A stretch of DNA of 64,000 nucleotides, taken from contig OY969604.1 in NCBI GenBank assembly GCA_963701325.1, positions 13,710 through 77,709 on the forward strand. The letters are read 5' to 3'. The notes beneath the pieces are model-generated. The model worked only from the letters and a program-made list of their open reading frames with translations. It was not told where the DNA came from and did not search any database. Shown here piece by piece: positions 27,732 through 36,100 of this stretch. This DNA is from an uncultured Acidimicrobiaceae bacterium. GTDB taxonomy: Bacteria > Actinomycetota > Acidimicrobiia > Acidimicrobiales > RAAP-2. Position numbers and translations under genes: made by a program. How positions within the stretch are numbered: the first letter of the stretch is position 1; the number at the start of each line of letters is the position of its first letter.

Positions 27732-28508
27732 ATGTTCGACGGGCGATGGCGCGTGGCGGTGGACCGGGGGACCGGACCCGTCGGGCGAAAGCTGCATCGG
27801 ATGGGGGTGACCGCCGATGTGTTGACGGCCACCGGCCTCATCTCGGCAGCGGCCACGGCGGTCGCGGTCGGGTCCGGCCATCTGCACCTTGCGATCGTCC
27901 TGTTGATCCTGACCGGTCTCCACGACCTCCTGGACGGGCCGGTCGCAAAGGCATCGGGCACCTCGTCGGTGCGGGGGGCCTTCTTTGACTCGGTCACCGA
28001 CCGGGTGTCGGACGCGCTCATTCTCGGCGGTGTGGCCTGGTACCTCGTGGGGGCCGATCCCGGGCATCTGGTGCTGCTGCCCTTCGCCATCCTCGGGACG
28101 ACCTCGCTCGTCTCGTATCAGCGCGCCAAGGCCGAGTCGCTGGGCATCTCGGCCAAGGGCGGCCTGATGGAGCGGGCCGAGCGGATGATCCTCCTCGGCA
28201 TCGGGTTCCTCTCTGCCTCGTTCTTGGTCCCGGTGCTCTGGCTGATGCTCGCCCTCACCCTGGCCACTGCGGTCGGGCGGTTCGCCAGGGTCTGGCGCCT
28301 GGCCGAGCCTCCGGCGGCGCAGGCGACCGTCCAGCGCACGCGGCGTCCCCGTGCCACCGCCAGGATCGGGGGACGCACCGGCTCGTCGTTCCCCTCCCGG
28401 TGGCGTGCCCGTCGACAGGGGGAGCTGGCCAGCCGGTCCGGTCGGACGTGGCGGGCCAGGCATGCCCGCCAGGGATTCCGCCAGCGGGCCGGCCGGCGTC
28501 ACGGCTGA
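27732..28508 (+). CDS. pgsA1: CDP-alcohol phosphatidyltransferase, phosphatidylinositol-phosphate synthase type, with an Arg-rich C-terminal tail
   Basis: Motif DGPVAKASGTSSVRGAFFDSVTDRVSD (DGx2A[RK]x8Gx3Dx3D). About 5-6 TM segments. RBS GGAGGAACC before ATG 27732. Synteny thrS-HIT-pgsA1-patA-pimA. Confidence 0.8.
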   Translation: MFDGRWRVAVDRGTGPVGRKLHRMGVTADVLTATGLISAAATAVAVGSGHLHLAIVLLILTGLHDLLDGPVAKASGTSSVRGAFFDSVTDRVSDALILGGVAWYLVGADPGHLVLLPFAILGTTSLVSYQRAKAESLGISAKGGLMERAERMILLGIGFLSASFLVPVLWLMLALTLATAVGRFARVWRLAEPPAAQATVQRTRRPRATARIGGRTGSSFPSRWRARRQGELASRSGRTWRARHARQGFRQRAGRRHG

Positions 28509-28545
28509 ACGTTCTCACCACCGCGTCGTTCGGGGCTGAGAACCG

Positions 28546-29466
28546 ATGAGCAACGGACGGGTGCTGCTCCGGACGTACACCACCCTCGGCCGCTGTCTCG
28601 CAGCGCTGCCCGAGCCGGTCGCGCTGGGGGTGGCCTCGATGGTCGGGGACACCCTCTACCGGGTGCGCCACGAACACCGGGCGATGATCTCCGCCAACCT
28701 CAGCCGGGTCGTCGGTGGAGGGCCCGACGACAGCGAGTTGCTGGATCGGTGGGCACGGCGCGCGTTTCGGGCCTACGCTCGATACTGGGTTGAAGGGGCC
28801 AGGATCGGGAGCACGTCGCCGGACGAGATCGTCCGGCGAATGTGCGTGGACGGCCTCCACCACCTGCACGAAGGGATGGCCCGAGGCAAGGGTGTCGTGA
28901 TGGCGCTACCGCACATAGGGAGCTGGGAGTACGGGGGTGCCTTTCTCGCCACGCAGGGACTGCCGATGACCGCCGTCGCCGAGCGCCTCGAACCGCCCGA
29001 GCTCTTCGACTACTTCGTCCAACAGCGGGCGGCCATGGGCCTGACCGTCGTCCCACTGGACAACCGCTCGGGTGGGACCCTGATGACCACCTTGCGAAAC
29101 GGGGGACTGGTGGGCCTCCTCTGCGACCGCGACATCGAGGGAACCGGCATCGAGGTCGAGTTCTTCGGCGAGACGACCACCATGCCGGCGGGCCCGGCCA
29201 CTCTGGCCCTCCGTAGTGGCGCGGTCCTGGTCACCGGTGCCGTCTACAGCGGACCGGGCCACGATCACCGGGCGCTCGTCGAACCGCCGCTCGACACCAC
29301 CCGGACCGGCACCCTGCGCGCCGACGTCGCCCGGCTGACCCAGGAGGTCGCCACCCGGCTCGAGGGGCTCATCCGACGTGCCCCCGAACAGTGGCACGTC
29401 TTCCAGCCGCTGTGGCTTGCCGACCGGCCGGAGGCCACCAGGGACGCGGACGGGATCCCGGCATGA
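28546..29466 (+). CDS. patA: Phosphatidylinositol mannoside acyltransferase (HtrB/LpxL lysophospholipid acyltransferase family)
   Basis: 306 aa. Acyltransferase HX4E box LPHIGSWEYGG, FFGETTTMPAGPATLA. Position between pgsA1 and pimA. Confidence 0.75.
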   Translation: MSNGRVLLRTYTTLGRCLAALPEPVALGVASMVGDTLYRVRHEHRAMISANLSRVVGGGPDDSELLDRWARRAFRAYARYWVEGARIGSTSPDEIVRRMCVDGLHHLHEGMARGKGVVMALPHIGSWEYGGAFLATQGLPMTAVAERLEPPELFDYFVQQRAAMGLTVVPLDNRSGGTLMTTLRNGGLVGLLCDRDIEGTGIEVEFFGETTTMPAGPATLALRSGAVLVTGAVYSGPGHDHRALVEPPLDTTRTGTLRADVARLTQEVATRLEGLIRRAPEQWHVFQPLWLADRPEATRDADGIPA

Positions 29467-31347
29467 GCGCCGAGCACACCCCCCGCGCCACCGAACAGGG
29501 AACCACCGCGCCTCCGCTGAGCGAGGACGGGGCGCAGCGCGTCCGGATCCCACCGGTCCCGGTGCCGGACGTCGGCCCGGCAGCCGCCAACGGGGCCCAC
29601 GCGGGTAACGGGTCGGGTCCTGGCGGGGAACCCCGGTTCCGCACGCTCGAGGAACACGAGTTCGACGTGGTCGCCGTGGTCTCCGCAGAAGGACGCTTCC
29701 TCTTCGTGAGCGCATCGGCCGAGGCGTTGCTCGGGTACGACATCAGCAACGCGATCGGTCAGGACGCCTTCCGCCTCCTCGAATCGTTCAGCGTGGACCC
29801 GGTGCGCTCGCTCTTCGACGACCTGGTGGCCCGACGGCGGCTCTCGCTCTCGTTGGAGCTCGAGACGACCCGTGCCGACGGGACCCCGATCGACCTCGAA
29901 GTGGTGGCGGCCAACCACCTCGACGATCCGATCGGCGGGATCGTGCTCAACATCCGTGACATCACCGAGCGAAAGCGGCTCGAACAGCGGGTGCGCGCGG
30001 TCGACCGGCGCCAGGACGTCATCGTCGAGTCATTGGCCGACGGCCTGATCATGGTCGACGCGGCCGGCCGGATCGTCCGGGTCAACGAGGCGTTCGAGGT
30101 GCTCTTCTCGGTCCCCCGGATCAGGCTGCTCGGGCGTCGCCTCGTGGATGTGCTCCAGCTGCAGCGCGACGAAGGACTCGACCTGTTCGACGAGGACGGG
30201 GAGACCGTCGACGACGAGGACCACCCGGTCCTGGTGAGCTTGCGGACGCGGCCGCCGGGTCGTCGGTGTCGTCCTGGGATTCCGCGACCGCGAGGGGCCG
30301 TCCCGGTGGGTCCGGGTCAACGCGGCCGCCATCATCGAGCCCGACGGCACGGTCGGTGGCGCGGTGGGATCGATCAGCGACATCACCGGCCAGCGTGCTG
30401 CGGCCTACGCCTTGCATCAAGAGGAGCGTTTCCTCCAGGTCCTGCTCGACACCCTCGACGAGGGCATCGTGGCCTGCGACGCGGACGGACGGATCACCGT
30501 GTTCAATCCGGCGGCCCGGCGCCTCCACGGCCTGACGGGGGACGCTGAGCCGGTGGGGCGGCTCCCGTCGAGCAGTCGGCTGCGACGGCCGGACGGCTCG
30601 CCACTCGAGTCGGCTGACAACCCATTGCTCTTGGCCATGTCGGGGGAGCGTCTCACCGATGTGGAGATCCTCCTCGAGTCCGACGACGGCGGGCACCGCA
30701 AGGTGAGCGTCAACGGCCAGGCCCTCGTCGACGACGACGGCTGGAAGCTCGGCGCGGTCGTGGCCATGCACGACGTGACCGAACAGAAGCGCAACGAAGA
30801 GCGCCTCGCGGAGCTGGCCCTCCACGATCCCCTGACCGGGCTGGCCAACCGGGCCCTGTTGGCCGAGCGGCTCCAGCAGGCCATCGACAGCCTCGCGCGG
30901 AGCGCCGAGGCCGGCGAGCCCGTGCCGGCCGGCGCCGAGCACTCCGGGGTGGCGGTCTACCTCCTCGACCTCGACGAGTTCAAGGAGATCAACGACGAGC
31001 TCGGCCACGAGGTGGGTGACGAGATGCTCGTCGCGGTGGCCCGCCGGCTCTCCGCCATCGTCCGGCCCTCGGACACGGTGGCCCGGCTGGGTGGCGACGA
31101 GTTCGTGATCGTCTGCGACATCGAGAGCGGCGAGGAGGAGATGCTCCGGATCGGGGAGCGGATCTCGGAGGCGTTGGCCCGGCCCTACCGCATCGAAGGG
31201 CGGACCCTCGTCGCCGAGGCCTCGGTGGGTGGCGTCTTCGCCGACAATCCGGACACCGACCCTTCCAAGCTGTTGAGTCGGGCGGACGACGCCATGTACG
31301 GCGTCAAGTGGAGCCGGCGCCGGCACCGCCGCTCGATGACGGACTGA
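29463..31347 (+). pseudogene. PAS-PAS-PAS-GGDEF diguanylate cyclase, frameshifted (+1) at about 30249 inside PAS2
   Basis: ATG 29463 overlaps the patA TGA (ATGA). There are three PAS-like modules, each ending in an ...DIT(E/G)(R/Q)K-type linker. The GGDEF domain has LHDPLTGLANR, A-site RLGGDEFVIV (31090-31104) and I-site RPSD 5 aa upstream. Frame 0 gives ...DEDHPVLVSLRT and frame +1 gives GRRVVGVVLGFRDREGPSRWVRVNAAAIIEPDG... Confidence 0.85.
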
Positions 31348-31354
31348 CCGGTCG

Positions 31355-32545
31355 GTGGCCGGAGGCGGTGCGCCGGGTCCGGCGTTGCGAGTCGCCCTGA
31401 TCTGCCCCTACAGCCTCTCCCGACCCGGTGGCGTCCAGGGCCAGGTCCTTGGCCTCGCCCGCAGCCTCGTCGGGCGAGGGCACGAGGTCACCGTGTTCGC
31501 CCCGCTCGACGCGGCGAGCGATGCGCCCGCCGGGATCGCCCTGGTACCGACCGGTCACGCGGTCTCCGTCCGGGCGAACGGGTCGGTCGCGCCGGTCACC
31601 ATCTCGCCCCGTGCCGTGCGGCACGCCGTCCGGGCATTGCGCTCGCTCGATGCCGACGTGGTCCACGTCCACGAACCGTTCGCCCCCGGCCTGCCCTACG
31701 GCGTCCTGGCGGCCAGCCGGATGCCGCCCGTCGTCGCGACCTTCCACCGCAGCGGCAGCAGTGTCCTCTACACACTGCTGCGCCCGTTGGCCAGGATTGC
31801 CGCACGTGGTCTGGCGGCGCGCTGCGCGGTCTCGGGTGCTGCTGCAGCCACCGCCTCCCGAGCTCTGCCCGGGCGTTACGAGGTGTTGTTCAACGGGGTC
31901 GAGGTCGACCGCTACCGCCGGGTCGAATCGTGGTCCACGATCGGCCCGACCGTGCTCTTCCTCGGCCGGCACGAGGAGCGCAAGGGATTGTCCGTCCTGC
32001 TCGAGGCCGCGGCGTGCCTCGCCCGCGACCGGGATCGTCTTCGGGCCGATGCGCCAGCTCCGATTCTCTGGGTCGCCGGGGACGGTCCGCAGACCGCGGC
32101 ACTCCGGCGGCGTCATCCCGAGTCGAGCACCCTGCAGTGGCTCGGGGTGCTGAGCGAGGAGGAGAAACTCCGGCGGCTCGCCGCCGCCGACGTGCTGACC
32201 GCCCCGTCGCTCGGGGGAGAGTCCTTCGGGATGGTGCTGCTCGAGGCCATGGCCGCCCGAACGGTGGTGGTGGCCAGTGACATCGAGGGGTACCGGGCCG
32301 CGAGCGGGGGGTGCGCCGTGCTCGTGCCACCGGGCGACGCGCGGGCCTTGGCCGCAGCGCTCGCCGGCGTGCTCGACGGCCGCCTCGCTCCGCCAGCACG
32401 TCCAGGCGCGGACGTCGGATCCACGAGCGACTGTGGAGCCTGGCTCGATCGCGGGTCCGAGCGCGCCGAGCAGTGGTCGATGGAGGTCCTGGCCGAGCGG
32501 TACGAGGAGATCTACCAAGCCGTGATGGTCGGGGCCGGCCGCTGA
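31355..32545 (+). CDS. pimA: GT4 glycosyltransferase, phosphatidyl-myo-inositol alpha-mannosyltransferase type
   Basis: LRVALICPYSLSRPGGVQGQVLGLARSL N-terminus, EX7E region ESFGMVLLEAMAA. Synteny with pgsA1/patA. GTG 31355; TTG 31385 is an alternative start. Confidence 0.8.
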   Translation: MAGGGAPGPALRVALICPYSLSRPGGVQGQVLGLARSLVGRGHEVTVFAPLDAASDAPAGIALVPTGHAVSVRANGSVAPVTISPRAVRHAVRALRSLDADVVHVHEPFAPGLPYGVLAASRMPPVVATFHRSGSSVLYTLLRPLARIAARGLAARCAVSGAAAATASRALPGRYEVLFNGVEVDRYRRVESWSTIGPTVLFLGRHEERKGLSVLLEAAACLARDRDRLRADAPAPILWVAGDGPQTAALRRRHPESSTLQWLGVLSEEEKLRRLAAADVLTAPSLGGESFGMVLLEAMAARTVVVASDIEGYRAASGGCAVLVPPGDARALAAALAGVLDGRLAPPARPGADVGSTSDCGAWLDRGSERAEQWSMEVLAERYEEIYQAVMVGAGR

Positions 32546-32567
32546 GCGGCCGTACACTGCTCGGACG

Positions 32568-33809
32568 ATGAGCGACGCCCCGGATCGTCCAGGCCCAGCC
32601 GGCCCACCCGGGAGCCCGTCCGGCGGCGGTCCTCCCCGTCCGGGGTCCTCGGGCACCTCGGGCAGCGCTTCGGGCGGCGGCTCCGGCAACCGCCGCCGCC
32701 GCGGGCCGCGCCCCTCCTCCTCCTCCTCCTCCTCCTCCTCCTCCTCGTCCTCCGGTACCTCGTCCTCCGGGGGCGGCTCCTCAGGTGGCAGGAGCCGCGG
32801 CGGCTCTCGCCAACCCGGTCGCGGCGGTACCGCCGGAGCCGGCAAGCGCAGTGGGTCCGGCGGCGGTTCCTCCCGTGCCGCTTCCGGCGGTCGGCGACCC
32901 GCCGGATCCGGGGGCGCGCAGCCGCGGCGCAGTGGTGCCGGGCCGAGCCAGACCGAGGGTGCGGTCACGGTTGTTCCCACGCCCAGGGCGGACCGGTCCG
33001 CCGACGTCGCGGAGGTGGCCGCGATCAAGGCGAACCGCAGGCGGGCACTCACCTTGTGCCTGCTCCCCGGCGCCGTCATCGGGATCGTGCTGGGTGCCGT
33101 CCTCCTCGCGGTCGGTCAGCCGGTGGTGGCTCTCGGGGTGCTCGTCGTCTCGGTTGTCCTGGTCGCCGCGCTGGTCTGGTGGGGCGCGCCAGGGACCGTC
33201 TCCCGCTCCCTCGGAGCCTGCCCCAGCGAGGAATGGGAGCATCCCCGCCTGCACAACCTGGTGGACGGCCTCTGCGCCACGATGGGCCTCGACCGGCCGA
33301 CCGTGCTCGTCGTCGACAGCGACGTGCCCAACGCAATGGCCATCGGCCGCGACCCTGCGTCAGCGTCCCTGGTGGTCACGAGCGCCCTCGACCGGGACCT
33401 CGGCCTGGTCGAGCTCGAGGGAGTGCTGGCTCACGAGCTCGTGCACATCAAGCGTCACGACACGGTCCTGGCCGGGATCGCTGTGATGGTCACCGTGCCG
33501 TGGGCCCTCGTGCGGGGCACCCCGGCGGGCGTCCGGACCGTCCACCGGTTGATCGGACCCGGGCGCGAGTTCTCCGCCGACCAGCGCGCGGCCACGGTGG
33601 TGCGCTATCCACCCGGCATCTGCTCGGCGCTCCAGACCATGCTCGGGTCCGCCTCCCGAGCCGGCGGCTGGCCGCCGTCGACGGGACGGGTCGCGGCCCT
33701 GACTCGGTGGCTCTGGGTCGACCCGATGGCTGGATCATCCCCGGCGGAGTCGCCGGACGGGAATCTCGACGACACCAGAGTGCGGGCAGCCGCCTTCTCG
33801 CTCGGCTGA
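32568..33809 (+). CDS. M48-family (HtpX-like) zinc metallopeptidase with a ~150-aa Gly/Ser/Arg/Pro low-complexity N-terminal region
   Basis: HExxH as HELVH (33432-33446) in AHELVHIKRHD. Two TM segments precede it (LLPGAVIGIVLGAVLLAV, VVALGVLVVSVVLVAALVWW). The N-terminus is GPPGSPSGGGPPRPGSSGTSGSASGGGSGNRRRRGPRPS(13xS)GTSSSGGGSSGGRSRGGSR... Confidence 0.75.
   Translation: MSDAPDRPGPAGPPGSPSGGGPPRPGSSGTSGSASGGGSGNRRRRGPRPSSSSSSSSSSSSSGTSSSGGGSSGGRSRGGSRQPGRGGTAGAGKRSGSGGGSSRAASGGRRPAGSGGAQPRRSGAGPSQTEGAVTVVPTPRADRSADVAEVAAIKANRRRALTLCLLPGAVIGIVLGAVLLAVGQPVVALGVLVVSVVLVAALVWWGAPGTVSRSLGACPSEEWEHPRLHNLVDGLCATMGLDRPTVLVVDSDVPNAMAIGRDPASASLVVTSALDRDLGLVELEGVLAHELVHIKRHDTVLAGIAVMVTVPWALVRGTPAGVRTVHRLIGPGREFSADQRAATVVRYPPGICSALQTMLGSASRAGGWPPSTGRVAALTRWLWVDPMAGSSPAESPDGNLDDTRVRAAAFSLG
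32713..32753 (+). repeat. Trinucleotide microsatellite (CCT/TCC)n inside the M48 peptidase gene, encoding Ser13
   Basis: 11 perfect CCT units (32713-32745) followed by CGTCCTCC. In frame this reads TCC x10, TCG, TCC, TCC. Confidence 0.9.
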
Positions 33810-33839
33810 CGGCTCGCCCGGGGGCCAGACGGGGTTCGC

Positions 33840-34370
33840 TCAGCCGGCGGTCGGGCAGATGCCGATCTCGTCGTCAGCGTCGCAGCCCCAGCCCGCGCCG
33901 GTGTTCTGCTCGAGCACGTGGTCTCGCAGCCGTCGGAGCAGCGCGCCCAGCTGAGCCTCTTCGGCGGGGGAGAACAACTGGCTGAGGAGCTCATCGATGT
34001 GAGCGAGGTGCTCCGGGATGGCCCGCTCCATCATCTCCCGGCCGGCGGGAGTGAGCTCGGCGAACGAGCCGCGCTTGTCCTGAGGACACGTGCGACGGGT
34101 GACCAGTCCCTGGTCCTGGAGACGGTCGACGGCACGGGTGAGCCCGCTCGGTGAGAGGGAGCTCTGGGCGGCGAGCTCGCTCATCCGCAGCGCGTTCCCC
34201 TCGGTGCGGGCCAGCCGGATGAGGACGTCGAACGACTGGTTGGACGAAAGGCTGTCCGGCTCGAGCCGCCGCTCGAAGAGGCGTCGCAGCCCGGCGGCCG
34301 ATTCGAAGAGCAGGCCCACCGTGGTGAGCCGCTCGTCAGTGGACTCCCGCATGTCCGTTGTCGATCCCAT
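33840..34370 (-). CDS. MarR-family transcriptional regulator
   Basis: wHTH FDVLIRLARTEGNALRMSELAAQSSLSPSGLTRAVDRLQDQGLVTRRTCPQDKRGSFAELTPAGRE. 176 aa. Confidence 0.85.
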   Translation of the reverse strand: MGSTTDMRESTDERLTTVGLLFESAAGLRRLFERRLEPDSLSSNQSFDVLIRLARTEGNALRMSELAAQSSLSPSGLTRAVDRLQDQGLVTRRTCPQDKRGSFAELTPAGREMMERAIPEHLAHIDELLSQLFSPAEEAQLGALLRRLRDHVLEQNTGAGWGCDADDEIGICPTAG

Positions 34371-34395
34371 GCCCGGAGCTTACAGGTTTGGAGAA

Positions 34396-34438
34396 ATAGT
34401 TGCGACTGCAAATAAATGTCGTATAGTTGTTTGTGCAA
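34396..34438. promoter_or_regulatory. Candidate MarR operator pair in the marR/yceI divergent intergenic region
   Basis: Two 16-nt direct repeats, ATAGTTG-CGAC-TGCAA (34396-34411) and ATAGTTG-TTTG-TGCAA (34423-34438), have starts 27 nt apart. Each contains a TTG...CAA dyad. They lie in the only AT-rich stretch of this region. Confidence 0.4.
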
Positions 34439-34485
34439 GCACAGAAGCGCCCGAGGGCGCAGCACACGACCTCAAAGGAGCAGCT

Positions 34486-35068
34486 ATGGCACAGACCACA
34501 GAAGTGACCAGCAGGACAGTCAACGGTGCGGAGTATCCGGCTGTGGGCACCTACACCATCGATCCGAGCCACACCCGCATCGGGTTCGCGGTACGGCACA
34601 TGGCCGTGTCCAAGGTACGTGGCGGGTTCAACCGGTTCGAGGGCACACTCCAGCTCGCCGAGGACCCGGTCGATTCGACGGTGTCCGTCTCGATCGAGGC
34701 CGACAGCGTGGACACCCGCGACGAGAACCGGGACAACCACCTCCGGACCAACGACTTCTTCGACGTACCCAACCATCCGACCTGGACCTTCGTGAGCACG
34801 GGCGTTCGCCCGGTCGACGCGACCCACTGGAAGGTGGACGGCGACCTGACCATCCGCGGGACGACCAGGCCGGTGACCCTGGATGCCGAGCTCGAGGGGG
34901 TCGTGAAGGACCCCTACGGCAACCATCGGGTGGGCTTCGAGCGCGACGGCGTCCCTCGACCGCGAGGAGTTCGGTGTGGCGTTCGGAGCGGTCATGGAGG
35001 CCGGCGGGCTCGTCGTCGGCAAGAAGGTCGACATCGAGATCGAGGCCGAGGCGGTGCTCCAGCAGTAA
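34486..35068 (+). pseudogene. YceI-family (polyisoprenoid-binding) protein, frameshifted (+1) near 34942
   Basis: AAAGGAG RBS, ATG 34486. GTYTIDPSHTRIGFAVRHMAVSKVRGGFNRFEG...DTRDENRDNHLR...DGDLTIRGTTRPVTL...GNHRVGFE, then one base on ATASLDREEFGVAFGAVMEAGGLVVGKKVDIEIEAEAVLQQ with stop 35066-35068. Confidence 0.8.
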
Positions 35069-35093
35069 GAAGCCTCCACGGCAGCCAGTCCCC

Positions 35094-35123
35094 ACCGTCG
35101 CCACCCCACGGGGTGGCGACGGT
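35094..35123 (+). terminator. Hairpin after yceI
   Basis: ACCGTCGCCACC (35094-35105) pairs perfectly with GGTGGCGACGGT (35112-35123). 6-nt loop, 26 nt after the stop. Confidence 0.5.
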
Positions 35124-35164
35124 CGCGGGCGGGGAGCTCCAGGACCCGCAGGTAGGATGGAGCG

Positions 35165-36064
35165 ATGACCGCCACTCCGAGCCCCGACCGTCCCACGGGC
35201 ACCTTCACCGTCAAGCGAGGCCTCGCCGAGATGTTGCGCGGCGGGGTGATCATGGACGTCGTCGACGCCGAACAGGCGAAGGTGGCCGAGGATGCAGGGG
35301 CGGTTGCGGTCATGGCGCTCGAGCGGGTGCCGGCCGACATCCGCCGCGACGGCGGGGTGGCCAGGATGAGCGATCCCGCCCTCATCGAGGGCATCACTGC
35401 CGCGGTCACCATCCCGGTCATGGCCAAGGCGCGCATCGGTCACTTCGCCGAGGCTCAGGTGCTGGCTGCACTCGGGGTCGACTTCATCGACGAGAGCGAG
35501 GTCCTGACGCCGGCCGACGAGGCCTACCACGTCGACAAGTGGGCGTTCGAGATCCCCTTCGTCTGTGGCGCCACCAACCTCGGCGAGGCGCTCCGGCGCA
35601 TCTCGGAGGGCGCTGCGATGATCCGCTCCAAGGGCGAAGCCGGCACCGGCAACATCGTCGAGGCCGTCAGGCACCTGCGGTCGATCCTCGGCGACATCCG
35701 CAAGGTCACCGAGGCGGACTCCGCCGAACTCTACGGCTGGGCCAAGGAGCTGGCCGCCCCCATCGGCCTGGTCCAGGAGGTCGCGTCCACCGGGCGCCTG
35801 CCTGTGCCCCTGTTCTGCGCCGGTGGTATCGCCACGCCTGCAGACGCCTCCTTGGTCATGCAGCTCGGGGCCGAGGCCGTCTTCGTGGGCTCGGGCATCT
35901 TCAAGAGCGCCAACCCGCCGCTCGTGGCGAGGGCCGTGGTGGAGGCGACGGCCCACTACTCCGACGCCGAACTGGTCGCAAAGGTCTCCACGGGACTCGG
36001 CGCGGCGATGGCCGGCCAGGAGATCGGCACGCTCGGTGTGCACCTGGCCGATCGTGGCTGGTGA
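35165..36064 (+). CDS. pdxS: Pyridoxal 5'-phosphate synthase lyase subunit PdxS
   Basis: [42 protein letters not shown]...[11 protein letters not shown]...[14 protein letters not shown]. 299 aa. Confidence 0.97.
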   Translation: MTATPSPDRPTGTFTVKRGLAEMLRGGVIMDVVDAEQAKVAEDAGAVAVMALERVPADIRRDGGVARMSDPALIEGITAAVTIPVMAKARIGHFAEAQVLAALGVDFIDESEVLTPADEAYHVDKWAFEIPFVCGATNLGEALRRISEGAAMIRSKGEAGTGNIVEAVRHLRSILGDIRKVTEADSAELYGWAKELAAPIGLVQEVASTGRLPVPLFCAGGIATPADASLVMQLGAEAVFVGSGIFKSANPPLVARAVVEATAHYSDAELVAKVSTGLGAAMAGQEIGTLGVHLADRGW

Positions 36065-36100
36065 TCCGGGCGCCGCACGTCTCAGACGCAGTCTCGGCCG

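Noticed and set aside
32700-32760. Poly-Glu run (E11) in the minus-strand ORF opposite the (TCC)n repeat
   Set aside because: It is the mirror image of the Ser13 run. The plus-strand frame continues into TM helices and an HExxH peptidase, whereas the minus-strand ORF is Arg/Pro-rich junk overlapping pimA antisense.
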